In this document: positions 18,664 through 27,670 of the stretch, one piece after another | Numbering within the stretch: position 1 is the stretch's first letter | Layout: each line of letters starts with the position of its first letter | DNA from: a virus | IMG/VR virus record: IMGVR_UViG_3300018080_000100 | Direction: 5' to 3' (one strand) | DNA: 64,000 nt | The notes under the pieces: generated by a model | Told to the model about the DNA's origin: nothing | Databases searched by the model: none | Seen by the model: only the letters and a program-made list of their open reading frames with translations | Made by a program: the position numbers and the translations under genes

Positions 18664-19407
18664 TTACTCTTGATCGCTGTATTGTATCGGTTCCTCGGGG
18701 CACGTACAGGGATGCGCGTCTCGGATTGCGCTTGCCGACGAGTTCTTCTGACAATCAGCATTGCGAGGATCATGCCGCTTCGGGATGAACGTAACTCTGT
18801 CACACGTGCATGGCTTGAGCGTGCCATGCGACAACGCCTTAGCGCCGTTCCAGGGACAATCCTCGTTATCAGGGTTGTGATTCTGGATGTACGCGTTCGG
18901 CAGCGCTGCGACCGGCGTTACCTTAGGGCACGTGCAGCCGGCTGGTTTGTCCTCCGTTGCAGAGTTCCACAGGCAGTCCGGGTTGTCCGGATCGTGGATG
19001 CGCCCGTCGGTGCCGATCGTCCGCGGTTGTACGTCGCCCGGCCACTCCCACACAAAGTTCTGTGTGAATCCGCCATGCGTCTTGCGCTTCATGGCTGCAG
19101 CTTGCTCAGGATCGAGATAGCGGTGCCACTGTTGCCCTACGTAGCGTAACGCCTCGTAGACGTCGCCGATCTCGCGCTCGATAGCCTTGAACACTTCGGC
19201 ACGTTTCGGATCCAAGTCTTGTCGTACAGGCAAGCGCTGGTACTCGCGAATGGCGTCCAGCAACTCTTGCGCCTCTTCGACTACCTTCTCTGCGCCGAGC
19301 AGCTGTCTGCTCTCGCCGGGTGGAATCTGCCGGATCGTTCCGTTGAGCGGACCCTCGCCGGCTAGTCGTCTACCGGGCACAAAGTCCCGGACCAGTTTGC
19401 TTCCCAT
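18664..19407 (-). CDS. MazG/HisE-like NTP pyrophosphohydrolase domain protein with C-terminal Cys-repeat region
   Basis: N-terminal ~90 aa resemble all-alpha NTP-PPase; C-terminus has three repeats of DP(D/R)N(P/A)DC…CTC(P/D). Confidence 0.4.
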   Translation of the reverse strand: MGSKLVRDFVPGRRLAGEGPLNGTIRQIPPGESRQLLGAEKVVEEAQELLDAIREYQRLPVRQDLDPKRAEVFKAIEREIGDVYEALRYVGQQWHRYLDPEQAAAMKRKTHGGFTQNFVWEWPGDVQPRTIGTDGRIHDPDNPDCLWNSATEDKPAGCTCPKVTPVAALPNAYIQNHNPDNEDCPWNGAKALSHGTLKPCTCDRVTFIPKRHDPRNADCQKNSSASAIRDAHPCTCPEEPIQYSDQE

Positions 19408-19437
19408 CGTATCTCCTTTTTGATCATGAGATCAATT

Positions 19438-19716
19438 TTACCAGCGGATTTCGGTGAACGGCCGCGAGCACGGATGCCCGGGGTCTGGGTCGTCATGCCG
19501 AATCACCTCGAAGCCGTCTTGGCGAAGCCGCATGAACACGGCGCGCTCCTCTGCCGGCGTCGGATGCTTTTTGAAGTTTGTGAACGGATTCATTATGCTG
19601 CTGCGGCCTTGCAGCGCAGCGCCTTTGATCCGTTCGTAGATAGACGCCAGGATCGGTTCGATCACCGGCCCTTGCAGGTTCTTGCGCGTGATGTCGCGCG
19701 CTTCATCAGCTTTCAT
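19438..19716 (-). CDS. hypothetical protein
   Basis: 92-aa ORF. Confidence 0.3.
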   Translation of the reverse strand: MKADEARDITRKNLQGPVIEPILASIYERIKGAALQGRSSIMNPFTNFKKHPTPAEERAVFMRLRQDGFEVIRHDDPDPGHPCSRPFTEIRW

Positions 19717-20020
19717 CGTCGTCTCCGTGCATGGCCGACAGCAAACCGAGCAGCTCGAAGACGCGCTTGGCGTCTATGGGCTTATCGGGCGTTAGCTGTT
19801 CGGGCTGGATTTTCTCGTCGCCGAAGTAGCTGTAGCCGTGGGCGACGTCCGGACTCAATGTCAGCTTGGTTTCGACCCACTTGTCGAAATCGTCGCCGAG
19901 TTCGTCTTCGGCTTCTGCGAGCAGCTTGCCGAGTTCATGGGCCCGCAGCAGTAACGCTCGGCCCATGCGCATCACACCCAGATGGTGCTGATGGATCTTG
20001 CCTATGGTTTCTTCAGACAT
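19706..20020 (-). CDS. hypothetical acidic protein
   Basis: Start refined to ATG overlapping the upstream stop (ATGA coupling); 104 aa. Confidence 0.35.
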   Translation of the reverse strand: MSEETIGKIHQHHLGVMRMGRALLLRAHELGKLLAEAEDELGDDFDKWVETKLTLSPDVAHGYSYFGDEKIQPEQLTPDKPIDAKRVFELLGLLSAMHGDDDES

Positions 20021-20280
20021 CACTTTCCTTTCTCTGCTAGCTCTGCTAGCGTATCGCCGTGACAGGCCTGCGGGGCGCAATAACAACCAAGCACTTTGCC
20101 GCGCAGTGTTGGCAAAAGCCATAGCAAATGCGGCTGCGTTTGCAACCATGCTCGATATTTGGCAATCACCTCTGCGCGTGTACCATCTGGGCCAATACGA
20201 AAAGGATTGCCCCAGATGCTCCCACGTCCGATATAGATATCGAACGGCTCGCGTTTGCAATGTACGACACGTGTAGTCAT
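20020..20280 (-). CDS. DUF4326-family protein
   Basis: Start refined to MTTRVVHCKREPFDIYIGRGS…WGNPF…LGCYCAP..CH immediately downstream of tRNA-Ser; DUF4326 signature residues. Confidence 0.5.
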   Translation of the reverse strand: MTTRVVHCKREPFDIYIGRGSIWGNPFRIGPDGTRAEVIAKYRAWLQTQPHLLWLLPTLRGKVLGCYCAPQACHGDTLAELAEKGK

Positions 20281-20282
20281 AG

Positions 20283-20376
20283 CGGAAGCGGCAGGGCTCG
20301 AACCTGCAACGGGTATTTCACCGCGACTGGCTTCCAACCAGTTTCCTATCCATTCGGCTCGCTTCCGGGACCGCAT
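20283..20376 (-). tRNA. tRNA-Ser (GGA), long variable arm
   Basis: 94 nt; anticodon arm ACTGG-TTGGAAG-CCAGT; acceptor GGAAGCG/CGCTTCC. Confidence 0.6.
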
Positions 20377-20481
20377 GGGCTAAGCAAGGCCCTCTCGTCG
20401 AGCGGCTGCGACGGGTTGTGAGTATGGCGTCCCTCACTCATCCACGGACGGTCGGTGATACCCGCCGACAGGTCTCGAGAG

Positions 20482-20565
20482 TGGGAGCGGAAGGATTTGC
20501 ACCTCCATTAGCACACGTTGTGCAACCGCCGTACGAACGGCACGTCCTCCTGGGACAGCACTCCC
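20482..20565 (-). tRNA. tRNA (class II, long arm; isotype unresolved)
   Basis: 84 nt; acceptor GGGAGTG/CGCTCCC; atypical T-loop TGCAAAT; anticodon arm ambiguous. Confidence 0.35.
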
Positions 20566-20770
20566 ATAACCGCGCGCCAAGGCTAACACGGCAGCGGCCA
20601 GGCCTGACCGCCACGGTGCGTTACGTTGGCATACGCTGGCGCGGTCAGCGGCCTTGTGCCCATGGCAGGGCAGAGGAACAGTTACTCGCATCGAACTGAC
20701 AAGAAGTCGCGGCTGATGCTCTCACCACGCGAGGAGGCTGGTGTTATCGTACACCTGCAAAAACGTCGAG

Positions 20771-20852
20771 CGGAAGCGGGAGGAGTCGAACCTACCTACC
20801 GTTTGACCGGCGACCGGCTAGCAACCGGCTTGCCCCCGTGGGCCACACTTCC
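20771..20852 (-). tRNA. tRNA-Ser (GCT)
   Basis: Anticodon arm GCCGG-TTGCTAG-CCGGT; long variable arm. Confidence 0.55.
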
Positions 20853-20857
20853 GTCAG

Positions 20858-20940
20858 CGGAGGGAGAGGGAGTCGAACCCACAAGGCTTGCGCTCGACGG
20901 TTTTCAAGACCGCTGCAGTCTCCGATCTGCTTGTCCCTCC
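20858..20940 (-). tRNA. tRNA-Ser (TGA)
   Basis: Anticodon arm GCGGT-CTTGAAA-ACCGT; D-arm GCAG…CTGC; long variable arm. Confidence 0.6.
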
Positions 20941-21179
20941 TAGTCTTCATCCCAGTTGTCACTGGGTAGCACGAATCCATGTTCTGTGTTGTCGTCGAAT
21001 ACCAGCTTGATGCATGGCTCTTCGCCGAAAGCGCCTTCTACCTCCGTTTTGTAGATGGCTACGATGGTCTTGCCCACCACGTCTTCTAGGGCGCATTCGC
21101 CGCTAGGTTCGCCCGGCAACTGCCCTGCGATCAGCTTCATCCTTCGGTTCCTTCGGTAATGAGTCTCCGGTGTTTTCAC
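20940..21179 (-). CDS. hypothetical protein
   Basis: 79-aa ORF. Confidence 0.3.
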   Translation of the reverse strand: MKTPETHYRRNRRMKLIAGQLPGEPSGECALEDVVGKTIVAIYKTEVEGAFGEEPCIKLVFDDNTEHGFVLPSDNWDED

Positions 21180-21399
21180 GGTGCGTGCGCACCGCCTTCT
21201 GTATGTCCGGTATCTTGCCGGACGTCTCGCCCACGAACGTCACGACCCAGCCATCTGACCAACGGCCGTAATCGTCCTGCAGTTTGACAACGCCGCCCAG
21301 CTTGGCGAACTTCTTCGGTATGAAGGAGACGATCTTGGCGCGCTTGTCGTCACGCCATTGCTCTAACACACACTGGCGATAGTCAGTCTTCTTACTCAT
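21103..21399 (-). CDS. hypothetical protein
   Basis: Start refined to MSKKTDY… just downstream of tRNA-Val; 98 aa. Confidence 0.35.
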   Translation of the reverse strand: MSKKTDYRQCVLEQWRDDKRAKIVSFIPKKFAKLGGVVKLQDDYGRWSDGWVVTFVGETSGKIPDIQKAVRTHRENTGDSLPKEPKDEADRRAVAGRT

Positions 21400-21413
21400 G
21401 GCTTCCTTTCGAG

Positions 21414-21488
21414 TAGGCCCAGTTGGATTTGAACCAACGTCCACCGCGGTGTAAACACGGCACTCTGGCCGGGCTGAGTTATGGGCCT
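21414..21488 (-). tRNA. tRNA-Val (TAC)
   Basis: Anticodon arm CCGTG-TTTACAC-CGCGG; T-arm GTTGG-TTCAAAT-CCAAC. Confidence 0.6.
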
Positions 21489-21670
21489 TTGTAGTAAAAC
21501 GAGGGCAAAGGTGGTGCCAACGGCGGGACAGCTTGAACGCCGTACTGCGCTCCTGCCACATATCGACCAACCACGGCGTCCAGCGCAGGCTCCGACGAGT
21601 ACGCATCCGAGCAGCGTTAATGCACCGTAACTAGCTTTCTTATCCTCCCACCTTCACCGTCGTGGGCGCA

Positions 21671-21837
21671 TTAGCCCTTAGGCTTATCATTCGTTGCGTC
21701 GATGTACGGGCCATTGCCCACGGCGAATTCGCCGCACTTATGGCAACATAGCGTCAACGCAGCGTCGCTAATCCGTATCAGTTCTCGGCGGGCGCGATCG
21801 CCACACCACGTACACGCATCCATGTTCTTCATCGCGT
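21671..21837 (-). CDS. small zinc-ribbon protein
   Basis: 55 aa with CxxC…CxxC. Confidence 0.3.
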
Positions 21838-21861
21838 ATTCCTTTCGTTGGGAGAAGTGAG

Positions 21862-21932
21862 CAGGTCCTAGAGGAGTCGAACCTCTTCTTGCGGTTTCGT
21901 AGACCGCCGTGCATCCAGCACACCCAGGACCT
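21862..21932 (-). tRNA. tRNA-Arg (ACG)
   Basis: Anticodon arm GCGGT-CTACGAA-ACCGC. Confidence 0.6.
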
Positions 21933-21996
21933 AGCCCAGTAGGGAATGGTACGGCCCCTACTGGCACAGCGCCGAAGCGCCACGGTGCTGCCACCG

Positions 21997-22152
21997 TTAA
22001 GTTCGCTTTTCGTTTGGACAGCCGCGCTCGTGGCACGGCTTGCCGTTGATGACCATTGCGTTGCATTTGGAGCATTTGACGTCACAGTAACCCTCTCCGC
22101 GCGGCTTAGACGATAAGTCGAAACCAAGGCGTTTCAGTTCTTGCGTAGTCAT
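21997..22152 (-). CDS. small zinc-ribbon protein
   Basis: 51 aa (MTTQELKRLGFDLSSKPRGEGYCDVKCSKCNAMVINGKPCHERGCPNEKRT); below the ORF-track length cutoff. Confidence 0.3.
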   Translation of the reverse strand: MTTQELKRLGFDLSSKPRGEGYCDVKCSKCNAMVINGKPCHERGCPNEKRT

Positions 22153-22168
22153 TATAGTCTCCTTTCAG

Positions 22169-22238
22169 ACGCGCCGTTGGGATTCGAACCCACTTTGACG
22201 GTTTTGCAGACCGCCGCCCGGCCACCGGAAGCGGCGCG
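22169..22238 (-). tRNA. tRNA-Cys (GCA)
   Basis: Anticodon arm GCGGT-CTGCAAA-ACCGT. Confidence 0.55.
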
Positions 22239-22242
22239 TATG

Positions 22243-22407
22243 TTAATCCGGCAGGTACACCTTACGGTAAGCACGCTGTCCTAACCAGGCAGCTCCTTCT
22301 ACCCATTCCTGTGCTTCTTCAACCGTCTTGACTGATTCACCCGTCGGCTTCGGTGACGAGAACATAGTGCCGTCGCCGTCCTCCATCAGCACATAGATGT
22401 AGTACAT
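22243..22407 (-). CDS. small hypothetical protein
   Basis: 54 aa (MYYIYVLMEDGDGT…) with a perfect AAGGAGG 6 nt upstream; not in the ORF track because it is under 60 aa. Confidence 0.4.
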   Translation of the reverse strand: MYYIYVLMEDGDGTMFSSPKPTGESVKTVEEAQEWVEGAAWLGQRAYRKVYLPD

Positions 22408-22417
22408 GTCTCCTCCT

Positions 22418-22906
22418 TTATGCTATCCGTCCCGCCAGCCAGTTGGAAGGTGGCCGCCAGTTGTTGTAGTCGCGGTAATGCACGACGGTGTAGAACAGGC
22501 CGCTGGCCGCCACGTCGTCTGGTTTCAGCCACCGCGGGTCAGCGCCACGCGCGCGCTTGTACGCCTTGCGCACAACGCTTACACAGTTCTCGCCACGGCG
22601 TTCGCGCCGCAGGAACCGAAAGATCGAGGCGATCTTACGGTACTTGGTGCCTACAAGGCTGCGCGCATGTTGCGCTGCTCGGTAACCTAGCTGCGCATCT
22701 GGATTACGCAACAGCAGAAATTCTGGATACCGCGCTATGAAATCTGCAAGGTGTACGGCGATCACCGCATTGGGCTTGGCCTGCGCCTCGATGACGTACG
22801 TCCCGGCGGATATGGCGGCGTGGTTCCAGTATCCAGGACTATCGTTGCCCACTGCGTCGGTGTTCCGGGTGAGGAACACGTCGCCAGCTCGACTAATGTG
22901 TGACAT
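22418..22906 (-). CDS. permuted papain-fold (NlpC/P60-YiiX-like) hydrolase - tentative
   Basis: Start refined to MSHISRAG… (AAGGAGA upstream); candidate catalytic residues NHAAI (His) and ENCVSVV (Cys). Confidence 0.35.
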   Translation of the reverse strand: MSHISRAGDVFLTRNTDAVGNDSPGYWNHAAISAGTYVIEAQAKPNAVIAVHLADFIARYPEFLLLRNPDAQLGYRAAQHARSLVGTKYRKIASIFRFLRRERRGENCVSVVRKAYKRARGADPRWLKPDDVAASGLFYTVVHYRDYNNWRPPSNWLAGRIA

Positions 22907-22926
22907 AGCTTCTCCTTCGTTGTCAG

Positions 22927-22998
22927 CGGACTGGGTGGTGCTCGAACCCACGTCTCGTGCTCTTCAGGCACGCGCTATACCGTCTCAGCTACCAGTCC
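22927..22998 (-). tRNA. tRNA-Phe (GAA)
   Basis: Anticodon arm CGTGC-CTGAAGA-GCACG. Confidence 0.6.
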
Positions 22999-23029
22999 AT
23001 GTTCCCGAAATTGCTTTCGGGGACATCAT

Positions 23030-23677
23030 CTAAACCTCATGTACGCCTATGTTTACGGCCAGCGACTCGTCTTTTGCCGCCGCCGCCAGAATGTCCTGGA
23101 AGCGTACCATCTCCTCGGGCGCCATTGTGACATGGGCGGCGACGCGGCCGTTCACGAAGAGCATGCCGGATGTGAAATAGTCGCCTTTGGCTACGTGCAG
23201 TATCTGGAATGTCATGCGAAGGCGTTCCACCGGAGCGTTCTTGCAACCTAGGAGGAGCAGGACCTCGTTCCGGACATCTTTCAACCTGAGTCCTAGGTTC
23301 AGCAATACCTGCGACGCAGTGCCTTCGCCTTCCCGAAGCAGTCCCAGCAAGATGTGCTCGGTGCCGACGTGGTTGTGGTTGAGCAGCCGCGCCTCGTCCA
23401 TAGCGAACTCTATGACCTTCTTGGCCCGGGGCGTCTGCGGCAGCTTGCCCATGGTCACCATATCGGGACCGCTCTGGACCAGCTTCTCCACCTCGAGGCG
23501 GATCTTCCGCACGTCGTAGCCTAGATTCTGCAGCGCGTTGGACGCGACCCCGCTGCCCTCCTTAATCAGTCCCATCAACACATGCTCGGTGCCGACGTAC
23601 TCGTGGTTGAACCGCTGGGCCTCTTGGTTGGCCAGCTGAAACACCCGTCGTGCTCGATCCGTGAACTTCTCGTACAT
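23030..23677 (-). CDS. Clp N-terminal-domain (double Clp_N repeat) protein lacking an AAA+ module
   Basis: 215 aa; two repeats FTDRARRVFQLANQEAQRFNHEYVGTEHVLMGL / …EARLLNHNHVGTEHILLGLLREGEG typical of ClpA/B/C N-domains. Confidence 0.55.
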   Translation of the reverse strand: MYEKFTDRARRVFQLANQEAQRFNHEYVGTEHVLMGLIKEGSGVASNALQNLGYDVRKIRLEVEKLVQSGPDMVTMGKLPQTPRAKKVIEFAMDEARLLNHNHVGTEHILLGLLREGEGTASQVLLNLGLRLKDVRNEVLLLLGCKNAPVERLRMTFQILHVAKGDYFTSGMLFVNGRVAAHVTMAPEEMVRFQDILAAAAKDESLAVNIGVHEV

Positions 23678-23904
23678 ACATACTCCTTCCGTGTGCGACC
23701 GCCAGGCTGGCTAAACCCAGCGGTCGCCTGATATTGGTTGACTTGTCAAAGATCATTGTTGCTGCGGAGTTCGTGTGCCATCACCTTGCTGGCGCTTACG
23801 ATCCGCAGTTCGGCCAACACCGTACTCGCCGGCGCTGACCGAACGTTTGTTCCGCTGCAGACGTCGCCTGCGGCGTTCGAGTTTCTTCTGCTTCTTATTC
23901 ATAG

Positions 23905-23978
23905 TGGCCCAGGTGAGATTCGAACTCACAGCATCTCGACGTTTGAAATCGAGTGGTCTGCCGGTTGCCTACCGGGCC
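23905..23978 (-). tRNA. tRNA, anticodon CAA (Leu codon UUG); class-I length
   Basis: Member of a five-gene paralogous tRNA family with body GG(C)CCGG-TA-GGCAA..GGCAGACCAC and a short variable loop. Confidence 0.5.
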
Positions 23979-24083
23979 ATTGGCATCAGGGGCCACCTCC
24001 TAAGGACCCCATCGTTACACTTGTGTCTCTCGCCGCCCTGTCTTTAACCAGGCACGGGACCGCACCATTGCGGCTGTAACGAG

Positions 24084-24157
24084 TAGCTCAGGTGGGATTC
24101 GAACCCACAGCATCCCGGGGTTTAAGCCCAGGTGGTCTGCCTATTGCCTACCGAGCC
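24084..24157 (-). tRNA. tRNA, anticodon TAA (Leu codon UUA); same family
   Basis: Anticodon arm CTGGG-CTTAAAC-CCCGG; 74 nt. Confidence 0.5.
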
Positions 24158-24305
24158 ATTTGCGAGCAAGGTGAGCCGCTTTCATACTCACTTCCCTCAC
24201 CGTGTCGTTCATCCTATTGGTCCTAGGTCCGACAAGGATCTCCCGCACGGATTGCGCCAGCCATGACCCGGAGTCGACTCGTGGTCTAGCCATGCTCGCA
24301 CGACG

Positions 24306-25022
24306 CTAGCGCCGTTTACGCTTCGTAGGATCCTTTCGGAAACTGAACTTGTTGAAGCCCTTGGCGCCGACCATCACTTTGTCGGGCACGTCCGGGATCG
24401 GTTTCTCTGGCTGCGCTTGCGCGCCCAGGTACATGGCGAGCTCTTGGAACGCTGTGTACCGGTCGAGCACTCGATAAAACTCGATGACCTCCAGTCTAGG
24501 GTTGATCTCTATCTCGTAAACGCTTTTGCGCCATACACGGGCGCGGCTGCTGTCTGCCAGGAAGATCGGCGCACCGAACTTCTCGAACAGCTCCTCGTGT
24601 TTGTCTCGTACTGCCTCTATCTCCTCGAAGAACTTCTCAATGGAGACCCGCGTGCTCGCCGGCCAACATTCTTTCCGCCATGTCCTTCGCTTCGGTAGTG
24701 GCTTTGTGTACGCGGCGACCTCCTTCTTATGCATGGTCGCATTCACCCACGCTAGAACCTCGTCAGGGTTGTAGCAGAACACCGGTTTGCAATCTGCTGT
24801 CTGGTACTGGGGTATCCGCACGAGCGGATACAGCTTGCCGCAGAAGCCCACGACAAGCCTTTCTGCGGGTAGTTTGGCCCAGCCACCGCGTCGCTTATGC
24901 AACGGAAACGGGTACTCTGCAATCTCAACGTCCTCCGATTTTCTAAGGTAGATGAGCGACTGGTCCTGGCCTGCGCCTTGGATGCAGTCATAGTAGTCGT
25001 GAAACTCGGATATTATGCGCAT
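24306..25022 (-). CDS. hypothetical protein
   Basis: Start refined to MRIISEFHDYYD… just downstream of the tRNA; 238 aa; no motif. Confidence 0.4.
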   Translation of the reverse strand: MRIISEFHDYYDCIQGAGQDQSLIYLRKSEDVEIAEYPFPLHKRRGGWAKLPAERLVVGFCGKLYPLVRIPQYQTADCKPVFCYNPDEVLAWVNATMHKKEVAAYTKPLPKRRTWRKECWPASTRVSIEKFFEEIEAVRDKHEELFEKFGAPIFLADSSRARVWRKSVYEIEINPRLEVIEFYRVLDRYTAFQELAMYLGAQAQPEKPIPDVPDKVMVGAKGFNKFSFRKDPTKRKRR

Positions 25023-25058
25023 GTCTCCACGTGTGTCTGTTGGTGACAGTTTTACCAG

Positions 25059-25131
25059 TAGGCGCGGCAGGATTCGAACCTGCAACATCTAGGTCCTAAA
25101 CCTAGCGTCTCTGCCGTTGGACTACACGCCC
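25059..25131 (-). tRNA. tRNA, anticodon TAG (Leu codon CUA)
   Basis: Anticodon arm CTAGG-TTTAGGA-CCTAG; short variable loop. Confidence 0.5.
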
Positions 25132-25135
25132 AAAG

Positions 25136-25216
25136 CGGAAGCGGGAGGAGTCGAACCTCCTACGGAGTTACCCGCGACTGTTTTCGAGGCAGCTTCCTAC
25201 CGTTAGGCTCGCTTCC
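25136..25216 (-). tRNA. tRNA-Ser (CGA)
   Basis: Acceptor GGAAGCG/CGCTTCC (shared with the other Ser tRNAs); loop CTCGAAA; long variable arm. Confidence 0.5.
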
Positions 25217-25220
25217 GTAG

Positions 25221-25294
25221 TAGCCCAGGTGAGATTCGAACTCACAGCATCGCGGGGTCTGAGGCCGCGTGGTCTGCCGATTGCCTACCGGGCT
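25221..25294 (-). tRNA. tRNA, anticodon CAG (Leu codon CUG); same family
   Basis: Body AGCCCGG-TA-GGCAATCGGCAGACCAC…; loop CTCAGAC. Confidence 0.5.
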
Positions 25295-25298
25295 ATAG

Positions 25299-25372
25299 TA
25301 GCAAGGGTGGGATTCGAACCCACAGCATCACGCCCTCTCAAGGCGCGTGGTCTGCCTGTTGCCTACCTTGCT
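25299..25372 (-). tRNA. tRNA, anticodon GAG (Leu codon CUC); same family
   Basis: Anticodon arm GCGCC-TTGAGAG-GGCGT. Confidence 0.5.
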
Positions 25373-25437
25373 AGGAGGCGGGGGTGAGTCAGGGCGGTGC
25401 ACCCTTACTTAATCCGTGACTATTCCCCCGCCACACG

Positions 25438-25815
25438 TTAGCTCTCGAGACTATCCCGGAGCTCTGCTGCTTCTTCTTCAAGCGCCCGCAGGCGCTCGCG
25501 TTGGCTTCGTTGTACCTGCGCCTCGCGACGCGCCGCTTGCCGTTCCTGGTACTCCGCAACATGCTCGGCCATGTTGAGCACGGCGTCGACGTGTTGCTGT
25601 ACCTCGTATCGGACTATCTGCACGGAGTTGATGTCAATGCGGCCGTATGCCATACCGTTATGCGATACGGCCAGGCCGAGATGGGAATTGAGCGCGCCCA
25701 GCGTATTCCAGGTCTTGCCCTTCTTGTTCCATCGCGGCGTGTAGCCTCCTGTCGAAAATAGTCCGTCCTGTCGTTTGATCTTGTATACGTGCTTCGTCTC
25801 TGTGATCATTCGCAT
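25438..25815 (-). CDS. hypothetical protein
   Basis: 125-aa ORF with a charged coiled-coil C-terminus. Confidence 0.4.
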   Translation of the reverse strand: MRMITETKHVYKIKRQDGLFSTGGYTPRWNKKGKTWNTLGALNSHLGLAVSHNGMAYGRIDINSVQIVRYEVQQHVDAVLNMAEHVAEYQERQAARREAQVQRSQRERLRALEEEAAELRDSLES

Positions 25816-25823
25816 CCTCGAAG

Positions 25824-25911
25824 TGGGAGATGAGGGAATCGAACCCCTCGGCCGCCACCTTACGTTCTTTTAGGCCAACGGGTTTACAGCCCGCCGAAAG
25901 GAACACCTCCC
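25824..25911 (-). tRNA. tRNA-Tyr (GTA), long variable arm
   Basis: 88 nt; anticodon arm GCGGG-CTGTAAA-CCCGT. Confidence 0.55.
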
Positions 25912-26181
25912 ATGGGGATAGGTGTCGCCTTCGTATACGGCCAGTCGGATGTGTGCATCCTGTTGCTCCTTATACGGATTTCTTCCGCGGCGAATGGCGG
26001 AAAGTCGGTAAGAATCGGGGAGCCTGTTCGCCGCGGGTTTGGTTATCTGCCAAAGCCCAATAGGGTCACGAGGGTCCCCGGATAAGGCCGGACAGACAGG
26101 CAGCGCAGATGACTCGATGACTTGAGTTTTCTGTGCCGCTTGTTCATAGCCTTGCTCCGGTGAAGATTCTGAAATTCTACG

Positions 26182-26556
26182 TTATGGGGTCGTAGTACGC
26201 AACCCCTGGTCGAAGATCACCGTGAATTCTTCGCCGGTGTGCCGGTTGCGCACCTTGGCGCCGTCGGCATGGATCAGCAGCATGTCATACGGAATCACCT
26301 TCCCGTCGACGATCAGCAGCCGCGCTGAAATGTGCTCTTCCACCTTCTGCGCCCGTAGAATAGTGGGCGCCGGCTCCAGGGGCCCTTCGGCCGGCAGCTC
26401 CGGATTGGCCATGATTGGCAGTCTGGGCGGTCTCGTGGTCACGTACCAGACGACGTAACCCCAGACACACAGCGCCAATATGATCGATACGATGCAGAAT
26501 GCGATAGGCCAGCTACGGGGCGCTTCCGCTTCCTGCGACTCCTGGGATTCGCTCAT
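26182..26556 (-). CDS. membrane protein
   Basis: Start refined to MSESQ… with AAGGAGG 6 nt upstream; one TM helix (WPIAFCIVSIILALCVWGYVVWYV). Confidence 0.4.
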   Translation of the reverse strand: MSESQESQEAEAPRSWPIAFCIVSIILALCVWGYVVWYVTTRPPRLPIMANPELPAEGPLEPAPTILRAQKVEEHISARLLIVDGKVIPYDMLLIHADGAKVRNRHTGEEFTVIFDQGLRTTTP

Positions 26557-27052
26557 CGAGCACCTCCTTGGTACTAGCGTCATTTGGCCAGCGCGACACC
26601 AACAGGCGCCGCTGCTGCTCGCCATTGAAACCCTCCAGCGTCAGGCCGCACTCCTCGCACGGCCCGCTCTGGCGGTGTTCACCGGTCACGACGGTGCAGG
26701 TGTCGTGGCCGTACTTACAGCCGTGGATTACACAGCAATGTTCGGTATGTACGTCCGAGGGCGTTCCTGGCTCTCGAACTTTGATCTCATGATCAATTTT
26801 CACCATGGTCGGCGCCACCTTGGGAATGATGAACGCCTCGAAGCGCTCACCCAGGCCTGGGCCGTCCGGCTGGGCACGTAGCGCGCGCACCATATCGCGG
26901 TTGTTGAACCCTATCGGAATGGCGTGTTCGCCCCAGTAGCGCGCATCTAGATCAGTGACGTAGATGCCTCCGCAGATGCCGCACTCGCAGCATCGCTCCT
27001 CATAGGCCAGCTTGAAGATGTCGTGGCAGTTCGTGCAGAGAACCAGCTTCAT
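26513..27052 (-). CDS. Cys/His-rich hypothetical protein
   Basis: 179 aa with many CxxC/CC clusters (CTNCH…CCECGICGG…HCCVIHGCKYGHDTC). Confidence 0.4.
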   Translation of the reverse strand: MKLVLCTNCHDIFKLAYEERCCECGICGGIYVTDLDARYWGEHAIPIGFNNRDMVRALRAQPDGPGLGERFEAFIIPKVAPTMVKIDHEIKVREPGTPSDVHTEHCCVIHGCKYGHDTCTVVTGEHRQSGPCEECGLTLEGFNGEQQRRLLVSRWPNDASTKEVLDERIPGVAGSGSAP

Positions 27053-27294
27053 ATGCAGAAAGCACCTATGACGGCCAGGGCCACGACGGCCAAGCCAATG
27101 ATGAAGTAAGCCACAACAAACGACATGACGCCGTGTGTTGAGCCGCCGCGGGTTCTGTCCAGCAAAGCTTTCAGCTCCTTCGCCGTCAATTCCGAGTTGG
27201 GATGACGTGCGATCGGTCGTTCACTCGGCATCGGGCTCTCCGTCGTAGAGTACGCGGTGCGCGTCGCACAGCGCACGTACCCAGCGTTTGCCAC
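27049..27294 (-). CDS. small membrane protein
   Basis: 81 aa with a C-terminal TM (VVAYFIIGLAVVALAVIGAFCI). Confidence 0.35.
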   Translation of the reverse strand: MANAGYVRCATRTAYSTTESPMPSERPIARHPNSELTAKELKALLDRTRGGSTHGVMSFVVAYFIIGLAVVALAVIGAFCI

Positions 27295-27670
27295 CGTGGG
27301 TGACGTTCTCGGTCGTTCCGCAGTGCTCGCAGGTCTTCGTGGATTGGCGCTCGGCCTCGTCCACGAGCTTGCTTACTGCTTCGGCATCCAGCTTGTCGTT
27401 GGCCTGGGAGTGCCAGTAAAAGCGCAGCCCGCCGAACTTCTCCTTGATCTGATCAGCCACGACCGCCTCTCCGCCGGGCAGCGCCATGATCTTGGCGCAG
27501 AGATCGTCCAGCAGCTGCAACCAGCCGCTACCAATACAGATTCCGAAGGCCATGCACGTCTTCGTCATGTCACCCCCGTAATCGCGCATGATCGTCGGAT
27601 ACTTCTCGACCAGCTCCTTCTCCTTCGCAGCGCGCTCGGCTGCTCTCTGTTTCTGTAGCGCTTCGTCCAT
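27221..27670 (-). CDS. hypothetical protein
   Basis: 149-aa ORF; C-terminal CEHCG…C…H cluster. Confidence 0.4.
   Translation of the reverse strand: MDEALQKQRAAERAAKEKELVEKYPTIMRDYGGDMTKTCMAFGICIGSGWLQLLDDLCAKIMALPGGEAVVADQIKEKFGGLRFYWHSQANDKLDAEAVSKLVDEAERQSTKTCEHCGTTENVTHGGKRWVRALCDAHRVLYDGEPDAE

Noticed and set aside
21671-22127. 134-aa and 119-aa minus-strand ORFs
   Set aside because: Both read through tRNA-Arg(ACG) (21862..21932). Only the short downstream segment (21671..21837) and a separate 51-aa zinc-ribbon ORF (21997..22152) are plausible genes.
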